This document shows positions 20,198 through 29,776 of a stretch of 38,034 nt of DNA, piece after piece; the stretch's first letter is position 1; the number at the start of each line of letters is the position of its first letter. The DNA is from Candidatus Hodarchaeota archaeon. Lineage in GTDB: Archaea > Asgardarchaeota > Heimdallarchaeia > Hodarchaeales > Hodarchaeaceae. The notes under the pieces were generated by a model. It did not search any database and was not told the DNA's origin. It was given only the letters and a program-made list of their open reading frames with translations. The DNA is taken from the NCBI GenBank assembly GCA_016840035.1, contig JAEOTC010000062.1:1-38034 (forward strand). Direction: 5' to 3'. Both the position numbers and the translations under genes were made by a program.

Positions 20198-20518
20198 ATG
20201 TCAAAAAAATTGAGTGTATCTACTTCTGAAGAGGAAATGAAAACTTTATTGCTGCAAGCGGAGCTTTGTCAATCACTTACACATCCATTTCGTTTGAAAA
20301 TTCTTCGAATCCTTAGTGATGGTAAGAAAAATGTTTCCCAGATTTTGGAAGCAACTCAGAAACCTCAACCATTCATTTCACAACACTTGAGAGTCTTAAG
20401 GGAGAAAAAAGTTGTAAAAACGGAACGGGAAGGGAATGAAGTTTACTATTCTCTGAGTGACCCCAAGATCGAAAAGATCTGTGCCTTAGTAGCTGAGCTT
20501 ATCAAAGAACAGGATTGA
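20198..20518 (+). CDS. ArsR/SmtB-family transcriptional regulator
   Basis: LTHPFRLKIL, QPFISQHLRVLR and REGNEVYYSL winged-HTH motifs. Confidence 0.92.
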   Translation: MSKKLSVSTSEEEMKTLLLQAELCQSLTHPFRLKILRILSDGKKNVSQILEATQKPQPFISQHLRVLREKKVVKTEREGNEVYYSLSDPKIEKICALVAELIKEQD

Positions 20519-20634
20519 ACTCGAAACTGATATTCCCAGAATAGAATCAAAATTTATAGAAACAGAAGTTTTTTATTAATTTGGAAATTTGATATTTTAA
20601 TTGAAGCAAGTTTAGCGTAGGATAGTTTTTTTCA

Positions 20635-21354
20635 ATGAGAGATTATGTCGTTCTTCGTGGGGCTATTTGGACTGAATTTGATGAACTTCGGGGAGCAAAC
20701 CCAGTTGCATCTACTCCTAACCAGCTTGATGACGAGATTGTTTTCAGTATTTCACTTCGTGGAATGTCTGTATTTTCCAGTCGTCCTACGAATATTTCCT
20801 ATTCTAAAATGATTGCTACTATTCCTTTTCCAGAATATGAGGTATTTTCAGTCTCCACTGTCCTGTATGAGTACTCGGAGGAAAGTAGAGGTGGTTTTAA
20901 GATCAATTTGGTCTCAATTCTTATTCCAGCATTCTTCATGGAAAATTCCTGGGTGGATCTTCGTCAAATTCAAGCGATTTTTCAACAATTTTTTGCCTCA
21001 TACGAAGGAGCTCCCGTTGAAGATAAATTAGCGGTTATCACTGCTGTTGCTTCAGCCATCGATGTGATTCTACAGAGGAAACTCGATATTATTGACCAAG
21101 GAGAAAAGATACGTCTTCAATTAAACCATTATCTGGATTCATATCATGTTCTTTCACTTGAAAGAGAAGAACAGCAGCTAGTGAAAACTCGAGTATATAC
21201 TCTCATACAATTACTCGATCGGGTACTTGAAGCTGGAGATTATGAACGAATCCAACGAGCTTTACAACGAATGAACTTCATCCTTGAGCAGGAGTTAAGT
21301 GAAGAGCTGATAATGATGTATCAGCAATCACTTAGTCGTCTTGTAACGCTCTGA
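20635..21354 (+). CDS. Hypothetical protein with uDENN/longin-like N-terminal domain
   Basis: AIWTEFDELRGANP resembles the uDENN F-D-x-x-x-G-P hairpin. ESRGG..NLVSIL resembles the RG motif. The C-terminus is helical. Confidence 0.55.
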   Translation: MRDYVVLRGAIWTEFDELRGANPVASTPNQLDDEIVFSISLRGMSVFSSRPTNISYSKMIATIPFPEYEVFSVSTVLYEYSEESRGGFKINLVSILIPAFFMENSWVDLRQIQAIFQQFFASYEGAPVEDKLAVITAVASAIDVILQRKLDIIDQGEKIRLQLNHYLDSYHVLSLEREEQQLVKTRVYTLIQLLDRVLEAGDYERIQRALQRMNFILEQELSEELIMMYQQSLSRLVTL

Positions 21355-21362
21355 GCTCATTT

Positions 21363-22892
21363 CTACCGTAAATATCGCTTTCTCACCAAAACAATACTTA
21401 TGCTGAATAAAAGTACATATAGAATTGAAACTGCAGAGGTAGTTTTCCCATCGCTAGTAACTGATGATTGATCATCATCTGATTCTCCAGCAAATACTTG
21501 GAGTGAAACTTTGATATTCTGTTCCGATGAAGGAATATCCCAATAGTAACCTCCTTCTCCACCGTCGAGATGACTCAGAGTGAGGTAGAAGTGATCAAAT
21601 CCTTCCGCTGTTGCATTCAATGTTAAGTGGAGTCCTGCTGAACTATTCTCGGGACTAAGAATGTATGTTTGATGGTCACTGTCAGTGTAATTTAGTGACT
21701 GATTTTCTTTTATAATACTAACTCCAAAAAGGTGATCTCGAGATTCTTCTGGGATGGTAACGGATACAGTTACATTATTCGGGTCGGGAAAATCGCGAAA
21801 CTGTATTATCTTTGTTGCCCAAGGGACAATTTTCGCAGTTGAATCATAAGGATACTCCTGTTGGTATACTCCTCCAGCAGGGAACCTTAATGGACCTGGT
21901 TTAGAGATATATTTGTCATAATAGAGTTCTCGTTTTTCACCTTCGTACTTATCATCGAGGATTGTTGCTTTAATGAAATTCATGTACAGTTTTTCAAAGG
22001 TTAGATCGGGGAAATATTGATTCACAATATGCATGATGGCGGTGGAGCTTTGTAATTTGTTACCTCCGCTTTCTGCGTGGTAAATATCCGAAAGATTCTG
22101 GGCACCATACTGATCTTGTAGGTACGCAATGAAAGTTAAGGCTGCTTTATAATCAGATCCTAACCCCGCGTTGTCGTAGTCCCAGAATAGAAGAGAAATA
22201 TCATGAGGATAGTATAATGAGTGAGGTTCAGAGAATCCTTCAGCATAATCAAGCAAGAATTCACTAAACATGGAGCATCCCTCGTTGAACCAAATTGTTT
22301 CCTGTGAATCATATCCATGATTTACTAAATGTTGTAATTCGTGAATAACAGTATCTTCTCGTAATGCACCATTTTCACCATTGATATATACAATTTCTCC
22401 CGTATAAGAATCACTAGGAGAGAAATATCCACCCGCGCCATTAATAGGTGTGTATAATATTATTACACGATCGTTACCATCTACATCAGGGGGAGTAGCA
22501 AAATTAGCTGATAATATTGGAATCATGTACTCGTCAACCTTCTCACTAATAGTAGTATAATTAGTTCCAAGAGGTATATTATTATCTAAAAATACATACG
22601 ATTCATTGCCTATCGCACGACAAGTAGCAGTCACAGAATTTTTTTCCTGTGTATGGAAATTCCAGACGCTGAACGATTCTTCATCCCCAATATTATAAGA
22701 ACCAAATTTTATCTTATTAGATGACACGGGTAATTGGTTATCGTCTGTAGAAAGAACTGATGTATTCCAGCTCATGCCTGAAAAGAGTAGAAGATTCGAT
22801 AATATCAGCATGGTAAGAATACCTCTCTGAATTCCAGTAGAGGAGGATGTTGATCGAATTATTCGTAGGATAAAGTTGTACTTTGAACCCAT
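21363..22892 (-). CDS. Secreted, C-terminally anchored zinc metalloprotease (M30/hyicolysin-like)
   Basis: N-terminal hydrophobic signal; DVDGNDRVIILY; GGYFSP; IHELQHLVN (HExxH); WFNEGCS; Ser/Thr linker, TM helix and basic tail VRKRYLR. Confidence 0.82.
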   Translation of the reverse strand: MGSKYNFILRIIRSTSSSTGIQRGILTMLILSNLLLFSGMSWNTSVLSTDDNQLPVSSNKIKFGSYNIGDEESFSVWNFHTQEKNSVTATCRAIGNESYVFLDNNIPLGTNYTTISEKVDEYMIPILSANFATPPDVDGNDRVIILYTPINGAGGYFSPSDSYTGEIVYINGENGALREDTVIHELQHLVNHGYDSQETIWFNEGCSMFSEFLLDYAEGFSEPHSLYYPHDISLLFWDYDNAGLGSDYKAALTFIAYLQDQYGAQNLSDIYHAESGGNKLQSSTAIMHIVNQYFPDLTFEKLYMNFIKATILDDKYEGEKRELYYDKYISKPGPLRFPAGGVYQQEYPYDSTAKIVPWATKIIQFRDFPDPNNVTVSVTIPEESRDHLFGVSIIKENQSLNYTDSDHQTYILSPENSSAGLHLTLNATAEGFDHFYLTLSHLDGGEGGYYWDIPSSEQNIKVSLQVFAGESDDDQSSVTSDGKTTSAVSILYVLLFSISIVLVRKRYLR

Positions 22893-23071
22893 TAATTATT
22901 CACCTTAAATAATGCTTCATACTCCCCATATTTTAAATTCTCCTTTATATGCTAATAGACGGGAGATGATAGGTTTAAAACATCTATTGGAATGAGTGAC
23001 TTTTCTAAATATCTAACGAAATGGATTTGAAATTACAGCACTATAAAAAAAAGAAAATAGGAGAATTTTAT

Positions 23072-23884
23072 TCAAATTGCAAATTCTCGTAGATGGAAGA
23101 TATAAAGGGCACTGGAGAGAGCAAGTATTCCAATACCCACTACAATGAACATTTCCCCTATTGGAAGCATTCCAGCCTCTTGAATAGCTCCTAGGCTAAA
23201 GTAATTAAATAACGAAAGCCCTTCAAAATTTCCAAATGCTGCCAACATACTTCCCATACTATCCAAGAAATATTGACCTCCAATAACAACACCTGCTGCT
23301 GCTAGAGATTTACTTGAGTCTAAGAAAATAGTGGCACAGAGTAAAGAGAGAGCTCCCAACGTAAAGAGTAATATAAAATATCCTAGGGAATAATTAAGGA
23401 CAAGAGACGTTGTTATGGTTTCACCTAAGAGTGATGTGCTACCAAGCATTACTAGTACCATAGCTAGAGGAACCAGTATACTATATGATATATAAACTGC
23501 AAATTTCTCAAGTAGGTAGCGCCATCTCGGAATTGGGAGACTCAACATAATATCGAATGTTTTCTTATCGATCTCGGTCGAGAGTAAACGAGCAGGAATG
23601 AATATAGCTATACATAATAATAAAATATTCATTGTACCACCTGCATACATAAATAGGACCGCTTCCCAAGTAGCTCCTAAACCAGCTAATCCTAAATCAC
23701 CTAAAATCGCTTTCATTATGGGATTATCCATAGTTTGCAATCTTTGGAGTAACAGTTCTTGCATTGATGACCAGCTAAGAGAAATAGTCCCTACAAAACC
23801 AATAATGACTACTGGTGGAACTATTCCTGATAGCCATGATTTTCTTAGATTTTTATTATATACACTTACCATGTTCTTCACCAT
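23072..23884 (-). CDS. ABC-2 type exporter permease
   Basis: About 6 TM segments; EIDKKTFDIMLSLPIPRW..LLEKF; adjacent to an ABC ATPase. Confidence 0.88.
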   Translation of the reverse strand: MVKNMVSVYNKNLRKSWLSGIVPPVVIIGFVGTISLSWSSMQELLLQRLQTMDNPIMKAILGDLGLAGLGATWEAVLFMYAGGTMNILLLCIAIFIPARLLSTEIDKKTFDIMLSLPIPRWRYLLEKFAVYISYSILVPLAMVLVMLGSTSLLGETITTSLVLNYSLGYFILLFTLGALSLLCATIFLDSSKSLAAAGVVIGGQYFLDSMGSMLAAFGNFEGLSLFNYFSLGAIQEAGMLPIGEMFIVVGIGILALSSALYIFHLREFAI

Positions 23885-23887
23885 CTT

Positions 23888-24844
23888 CTATTCATAATAC
23901 TGCAGAAAAATCTCTTCAAGATCTGCATCCTCACATATAAAACGTTCTAAATCATACTCTGAAAGGAATTTTAAGACTTCTGCGACATCTTTTCCAATTT
24001 TCAGTTTGTACGTATTGTTTTTAATTTTTTCAAACGAAATTACTGCCTTTAGTGTAGTTAGATCTTCCTCTGAAGGGATTTTGGCCCCTTTGAATTGGAT
24101 TGTAACATTTTGTAGGAATTTTGATTTTAATTCAGAAACCACCTCTACGAGAATCATTTCCCCATTTCGGATGATCCCCACACGATCACAAATCGCTTGA
24201 ACTTCTGCTAAATCATGGGAACTGAGAAAAATAGTAATTCCTTCCTTTTGAAGATTTTTAAGAATTTTATGAAAATTAGCCGTCATGAGTGGATCAAGAC
24301 CGCTTGTAGGTTCATCCAAGATTAATAACAGAGGTTTAGAGGCCATTACAGCAATAAGACCGACTTGTTGTCTATTTCCTTTTGAAAGAGACTTAATTTT
24401 CTTATATAATTTTACCCTGAATAATGAGCGAAGTTTTTGAAGAAACTCTTGATCTATTGGTCGAAACTTACCAAAATATTCAATCAGCTCTTCTCCAGTA
24501 AAATCACCAAAGAGATTCATATCTCCAGGGACATATCCTATACGCTTTCGGATCTCAACTCTGTCATTTCGATGATCATATCCAAAGACTTCAACTTTTC
24601 CGTTTTCAATTCTAAGATAATCTAAAATTGCTCTCATTGTCGTTGTTTTTCCAGCCCCATTAGGGCCTAAGAATCCAAATATTTCCCCCTTTTTTATCTG
24701 AAAACTTACATTATAAGCACCTCGCACCTGCTGGCCGAATTTTAGTCTATCACCAAAATATCTACCACCAAGGCGTAATTGATGGCCATAAGTTTTTGTT
24801 AAATTTGAAACTTGAAGAACAGTTTCAGAAATCGTTTCTGTCAC
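23888..24844 (-). CDS. ABC transporter ATP-binding protein
   Basis: Walker A GPNGAGKT, signature LSKGNRQ, Walker B LILDEP, H-loop SSH. Confidence 0.95.
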   Translation of the reverse strand: MTETISETVLQVSNLTKTYGHQLRLGGRYFGDRLKFGQQVRGAYNVSFQIKKGEIFGFLGPNGAGKTTTMRAILDYLRIENGKVEVFGYDHRNDRVEIRKRIGYVPGDMNLFGDFTGEELIEYFGKFRPIDQEFLQKLRSLFRVKLYKKIKSLSKGNRQQVGLIAVMASKPLLLILDEPTSGLDPLMTANFHKILKNLQKEGITIFLSSHDLAEVQAICDRVGIIRNGEMILVEVVSELKSKFLQNVTIQFKGAKIPSEEDLTTLKAVISFEKIKNNTYKLKIGKDVAEVLKFLSEYDLERFICEDADLEEIFLQYYE

Positions 24845-24941
24845 TTTTTATACCTCCGATTTTATTTTCTATACCTTTTTGTGTATTTAGTGTTTCTTCT
24901 TTTTGATTGCATAACTGACGCAACATTTGAAACTCATGGAA

Positions 24942-24965
24942 ATTTATCGGATAAATCTTTATAAA
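24942..24965. promoter_or_regulatory. Inverted repeat abutting a TATA-like box between the ABC operon and its regulator
   Basis: atttatc-g-gataaat (24942-24956) next to tttataaa (24958-24965). Confidence 0.4.
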
Positions 24966-25083
24966 TCTTTTCGTAAAGCCAAAAATTCAAAAAAACAGAA
25001 ATTCCAAAAAGATAAATATGACGTTAAAAAGCCCTTGAATGAAAGAGAAGAAAAGAATCAAAGGACCCTAGGGGGTTAAAGTA

Positions 25084-26166
25084 ATGTCGAATCAATCAGA
25101 TCCTCTTCTTGCACTGAAAAATGATTATCTAAACTTTATAGCACAAGCAAATAAATCTCTGGGATATAATCCCTATTTGAAAGGTATACTTTTTGCTTTA
25201 ATGTTAGAAGGAGATTTACTTACCCAAGAGCGCATTATGAAATTAACTGGTTATAGTCGCTCAATGGTTTCAGAGATTCTTTCTGAATTAACGGATTTTT
25301 CAAGTAGATATCCCGTCCGAGAGACACGAATACCAGGGAAGAAAAAGAAATACTACACTTGTTCGTTATCTTTTACTCAGTACACAAAGATCTTAGCAAA
25401 AGCTAATTTAGAATCCTCCGAAACCAGTTACGATTTTATAGACAAAATTTTACCTCGTCTAGAAGCTCTTTCTCCAAGAACTCCTGATGTTAAGCATGTT
25501 ATAGATTTGATGGAATTCCTCAAATCTACTTATTCTAGTGTCCAAGCGCTTATCACCTATGTTGAGGATCAATTAGACTTAATTTTAGAAACAGGTGGAT
25601 TTCCTGATTTTGATCCGTATATCAAAAAATCTCAGCAAGAACATGTAAGAACTGAACAAATTTCGGAAATCAATATTCCAGAATCAGATAATATAACTCA
25701 AATAAAACGTGACTTTATTTCATATCTTCTCGATCTTCTTCCCCCTACAGGGAAACAGAGAGATTTAGTTACAATCTACTTCGGGTTATACTTAGAACAT
25801 GAACCAATTACACAAGAAGAACTCAGGGAAATAACAGGAGCTAGTAGAACATCAGTCTCTGAAAGTCTTTCCTTATTTTTAAAAATTAAAACCGTTAAGC
25901 TGATTAAAAAACCGAAAGATAGGAAGAAATATTATACTCCAAACATAAGCATGGCTGATTATAGCTTAACAAAATATACAAACCAAAAACGAGTTTTTAC
26001 TCAGATTAAGAATGGGATTAATACCGAGATTTTACCAACCTTATTATCGTTATCAGGAAATAGGAAAGAGAGAGAGAAGTTCGAGAACTTTTTAAAAGAA
26101 AATCTCTACTGCTACCAAATACTTGAGGATTTTATCACACTAATGTTTCAATCATTTAATAAATAA
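25084..26166 (+). CDS. Tandem-duplicated GbsR/MarR-like winged-HTH regulator
   Basis: Two homologous halves: LTQERIMKLTGYSRSMVSEIL...KKKYY and ITQEELREITGASRTSVSESL...RKKYY. Confidence 0.8.
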   Translation: MSNQSDPLLALKNDYLNFIAQANKSLGYNPYLKGILFALMLEGDLLTQERIMKLTGYSRSMVSEILSELTDFSSRYPVRETRIPGKKKKYYTCSLSFTQYTKILAKANLESSETSYDFIDKILPRLEALSPRTPDVKHVIDLMEFLKSTYSSVQALITYVEDQLDLILETGGFPDFDPYIKKSQQEHVRTEQISEINIPESDNITQIKRDFISYLLDLLPPTGKQRDLVTIYFGLYLEHEPITQEELREITGASRTSVSESLSLFLKIKTVKLIKKPKDRKKYYTPNISMADYSLTKYTNQKRVFTQIKNGINTEILPTLLSLSGNRKEREKFENFLKENLYCYQILEDFITLMFQSFNK

Positions 26167-26209
26167 AACACAATTGAAGTAGAAGAGATATGTTAAATTC
26201 GAGAGAATG

Positions 26210-26239
26210 AGAAAAAAGAGAGGGGAGCAAAAAATGCTC
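26210..26239 (-). terminator. Short hairpin plus pyrimidine/T tract after actin
   Basis: gagca/tgctc stem (26225-26239), followed on the minus strand by ccctctctttttt. Confidence 0.45.
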
Positions 26240-27382
26240 TTAGATAGCTCGTTTGATAACGCCTGGACCTTGCTCTTGATATTCTTTGCGAGCAACCCAT
26301 AATCTTTGGAAGGTCTTGAGGGAGGAGAGAATAGAACCACCAATCCAAACAGAGTAACGACGTTCGGGAGGGGCAACGATACGAATTTCCACATTATCAG
26401 GGACAAGCTCGGTGAGTTCTTTGTGGAGACGTTCTTTTAATCCAGGGAACATGGTTGATCCACCAGATAGAACAATATTTTGGTAAAGTTCTTTTCGAAG
26501 GTCAATATCACAAAGTTGAACGGATGCATAGATAGCTTCATCTAAAGGTGTTTCTTCTTTTCCGATAGCTGATGGATTGAAGAATGCTTCAGGGGCTAAG
26601 AATCGTTCAGGACCAATGGTTAAGGTTTCACCGTCAGGTAAGGTATATTGTTTTTCCATACCAGAGACTTTTTCAGCTAGTTTGAGTTCCTTTTCAGGAT
26701 CCAAAGCAACATAACATAATCGCTCTTTGATATCTCGCACAATTTCTCGTTCTGCGGAAGAGGTTAATGCACGACCTCGGGTACGTAATAATCGACGTAG
26801 ATATTCAGTAATATCACGACCAGCAATATCAATACGACTAATTGCATGAGCAATTGCGAATCCTTCATAAATGGGTACGATGTGTATAACACCATCACCA
26901 GCATCGATAACTAGACCAGTTGTTCTTCCAGAAGCATAGAGTGAAAGCACAGCTTGCATAGAAACATACATGGCTGGAACATTGAATGTTTCAAAGAGGA
27001 TTTCAGCCATCTTTTCTCGGTTCTTTCCTGGATTAAGAGGAGCTTCGGTCAAGAGAACTGGATGTTCGCTTGGGTTGACTCGTAGGTCATTATGGAAAGT
27101 ATAGTGCCAAATCTTTTCCATTGCATCCCAGTCGGTAACTACTCCATGGACAATTGGGTAAATAAGTTTTAATACACCCCGTAGGTTCATAGCTTCTTCA
27201 CCTACGTAATATTCACGGACATAGTGATCTACATCAGACATAATGGATTGGTATTTGGGATATCCAATTAATGTAGGAAAAACTGAACGAGGTTGATCCT
27301 CACCAGCGTAACCATTTTTTGATAAACCAGTACCATTATCAATAACGAGGGGTTTACCTGTAATTCCTTCTGCTAGGGACAT
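26240..27382 (-). CDS. Asgard (Lokiactin-like) actin
   Basis: [78 protein letters not shown] and [16 protein letters not shown] are close to eukaryotic actin. ATG at 27382 preferred over GTG at 27391. Confidence 0.97.
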   Translation of the reverse strand: MSLAEGITGKPLVIDNGTGLSKNGYAGEDQPRSVFPTLIGYPKYQSIMSDVDHYVREYYVGEEAMNLRGVLKLIYPIVHGVVTDWDAMEKIWHYTFHNDLRVNPSEHPVLLTEAPLNPGKNREKMAEILFETFNVPAMYVSMQAVLSLYASGRTTGLVIDAGDGVIHIVPIYEGFAIAHAISRIDIAGRDITEYLRRLLRTRGRALTSSAEREIVRDIKERLCYVALDPEKELKLAEKVSGMEKQYTLPDGETLTIGPERFLAPEAFFNPSAIGKEETPLDEAIYASVQLCDIDLRKELYQNIVLSGGSTMFPGLKERLHKELTELVPDNVEIRIVAPPERRYSVWIGGSILSSLKTFQRLWVARKEYQEQGPGVIKRAI

Positions 27383-27560
27383 TTTTATCACTTAGTTTTT
27401 TCGTTGTATTTTGTTTCTCAAACCTAAGTATACTCCACCACTCTATTTTTTGATTTCGTGGTTTTCCTTTTATATACTCGAACAGATATCGTTTCACTCG
27501 AGTAAGTGAAACTGTTTCTGCGGGTTCGATTGGCTTAATGCAAGTCAAAGATGTTCTTGT

Positions 27561-27584
27561 TTTATTATAAAGGTTACCTTTCGC
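27561..27584 (-). promoter_or_regulatory. Candidate BRE/TATA promoter for actin
   Basis: The minus strand reads cgaaaggtaacc-TTTATAATAAA. An alternative TATATAAA lies at 27476-27469. Confidence 0.4.
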
Positions 27585-28099
27585 TAGATAAAGATCTTTA
27601 AACCGGTTTTATGACAATTACGAGGGTTGAAATGCTCATTATCTCACATATATCTGTTGGATACTAAAGTAATAGACTTTTGTCGTATCATTTCCAAAAA
27701 AGATGAAGAATGTGTCAATTTCTGCTCACGATAAGATTCTCTAGTAAAACTATCCGCTTAATCTTTATTACTAGTTAGATGGAGAGTATGAAAGATTTCT
27801 ATGGTTTATCTAAGATTCCTTAAGTACAGTGATCTTAAATCCAAAACAACATCCGAATTTCCCTTTGATTTGGTTTTAACAAGAATTTAGTTATTAAAAT
27901 ATATGATGGAGTCTAGAACCTCAAAGAAGTTTAAGTTTGTAATTCTCGAATGTAATCTTCCAAACATTCATTCTCCCTTCAATTTAAAAAAGTATAAAAA
28001 ATCTCTTGGGTTGGAGTTGATTATCTACGAAATTCTGAGGAAGAAAATACACTTCCACGAAAAAATAGCAATTTCAAGACTTCTCATGAGGTTTAATTT

Positions 28100-29098
28100 A
28101 TGTCACAGGAAAAGTATCGATTTGATTTAAGTGATGGATTTGGAAAAGATGATATCTTTGCCATTTTCGGTGCTATTTGGCGTTTTATCGCATTTATATT
28201 GAAAATAATCTTCTATCCTTATGTTTGGATCTTCAGGATGTTTGGACGATCCATTCGTTTTGCACGAACTAAGAAATCCCCTGAAAAAGCTCTAGAACCC
28301 GATGAGCGTAGTTTTATGGAAAGCGTTCCCGGATTTTTTGTTTTAGTTGGTTTCTTTGGTGGTATCTTATTTGCAGCAGTCGTCTGGCTTTCTGATCAGA
28401 CAGGTTTGAGTGATTTTTTGGATGATATTAACCTAACATCCATTATAGAGCTCTTAGGGCACTTTTTCGGTTTTCTACTTGAAGTACTTCTTTGGATAAT
28501 TGGTATTGATAAGAAAGATGCCGCTGGCGAAGTCGTATTAGATCGTTTCGGCTTATTGGATATTATTTTTGATGTTTTATATGAGGGAATCCTGCTTAAT
28601 ATTGTAGGATTCGTTGCTCAAGATGCGATTATGACATTCATCGGAATTGGTATTGTCGGTGTTATTCTAGCAATAATTTGGATTATCATTAGTGAAACAG
28701 GAATTGTTGGCGGCATTATCGGTATTGTCGTGAAGGTTGTAACTTTTATAATTACAGTTCCAGCCAATTTTTGGGAACGTTTGAACAGTGTTTATGTTAA
28801 GTTCAATAACATATTAGCTTCAATTGTTATCGGACAGGAAAGACTTGACGAAAGAAACATCGGGTTTCATCGCAAAATTCTGCTATTAACGTTAGGATTA
28901 GGGGTCTATACGTTTGTTGCAGGAATTGTTGTAGGTGTAACGAATCCACAGGATCTAATTAATCCTATTGGATACATTTTTGTAGTGATACTCGTCTTAG
29001 GTATCGGTGTCGGCATTTTTGAAATGTTTCTAATTGTTAGAATCCTTGATCTTGTATCTCGCAAGAAATATGCTCCAGGATTATCAGCTGAAGAATGA
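28100..29098 (+). CDS. Multi-pass membrane protein of unknown function
   Basis: Several hydrophobic, Gly-rich helices. No recognisable motif. Confidence 0.8.
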   Translation: MSQEKYRFDLSDGFGKDDIFAIFGAIWRFIAFILKIIFYPYVWIFRMFGRSIRFARTKKSPEKALEPDERSFMESVPGFFVLVGFFGGILFAAVVWLSDQTGLSDFLDDINLTSIIELLGHFFGFLLEVLLWIIGIDKKDAAGEVVLDRFGLLDIIFDVLYEGILLNIVGFVAQDAIMTFIGIGIVGVILAIIWIIISETGIVGGIIGIVVKVVTFIITVPANFWERLNSVYVKFNNILASIVIGQERLDERNIGFHRKILLLTLGLGVYTFVAGIVVGVTNPQDLINPIGYIFVVILVLGIGVGIFEMFLIVRILDLVSRKKYAPGLSAEE

Positions 29099-29108
29099 AT
29101 TTAACCTT

Positions 29109-29140
29109 AAGTAAGGGGTGTCCTCTTACTTTTCTTTTTC
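29109..29140 (+). terminator. Hairpin plus T tract terminator
   Basis: aagtaagggg-tgt-cctcttactt followed by ttctttttc. Confidence 0.6.
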
Positions 29141-29196
29141 TGTCATCATAAAAATCTTGAAAAACGGGGATGAAGAGTGAGATTCTTAGATGAATT

Positions 29197-29721
29197 ATGA
29201 CCCTCTATCAATTTGAAGGTGCTACTCCAGTTATTGGAAAAGATTCGTATGTAGCTAGCTCTGCGGAAATCGTGGGGGATGTAACAATTGGTCACAACTG
29301 TTATATTGGACCTGGTGCAAAAATTCGTGGGGATTATGGGAAAATCAAAATCGGGAATCGTACATCAATACAGGAAAACTGTGTAGTACATGCTGGTTCT
29401 AATCAAGTTGCTGTCATTGGAGATAATGTTACAGTTGGACATGGAGCTATTGTACATGGTCCCACAATTCATAACAATGTTATCATTGGTATGGGAGCCA
29501 TTATCAATGATCATGCGGTAATTAATGATTGGTGTTTGATCGCTGCGGGTTCTCTTGTTGTTGGAAAACAAGTTATTGAGGGTGAATCCTTGGTTATTGG
29601 TGTACCTGCAAAAATTGTAAGGAAAATCTCTGAGACTAATCGTGCATTGATTGAATATTCAGCAAATTTATATGCTCAATTAGCTCCTCGTTATCTAAAA
29701 GGTCTCGAAAAAATAGAATAA
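29197..29721 (+). CDS. Gamma-carbonic anhydrase family (hexapeptide repeat, YrdA/PaaY-like) protein
   Basis: IRGD, IQENCVVH and TVGHGAIVHG (three metal-binding His) in a left-handed beta-helix. Confidence 0.92.
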   Translation: MTLYQFEGATPVIGKDSYVASSAEIVGDVTIGHNCYIGPGAKIRGDYGKIKIGNRTSIQENCVVHAGSNQVAVIGDNVTVGHGAIVHGPTIHNNVIIGMGAIINDHAVINDWCLIAAGSLVVGKQVIEGESLVIGVPAKIVRKISETNRALIEYSANLYAQLAPRYLKGLEKIE

Positions 29722-29776
29722 TAATTTAGCAAAACCTGGACTGACTTGTCTGATTGGACTATAGGAAGCTTCAGTA

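Noticed and set aside
27354-27548. 64-aa upstream ORF overlapping the actin start
   Set aside because: TTG start, no RBS and no motif. It is better explained as leader or promoter sequence, though it cannot be fully excluded.
27903-28130. 75-aa ORF before the membrane protein
   Set aside because: The composition reflects AT-rich intergenic DNA, and it overlaps the next gene's start and probable promoter.
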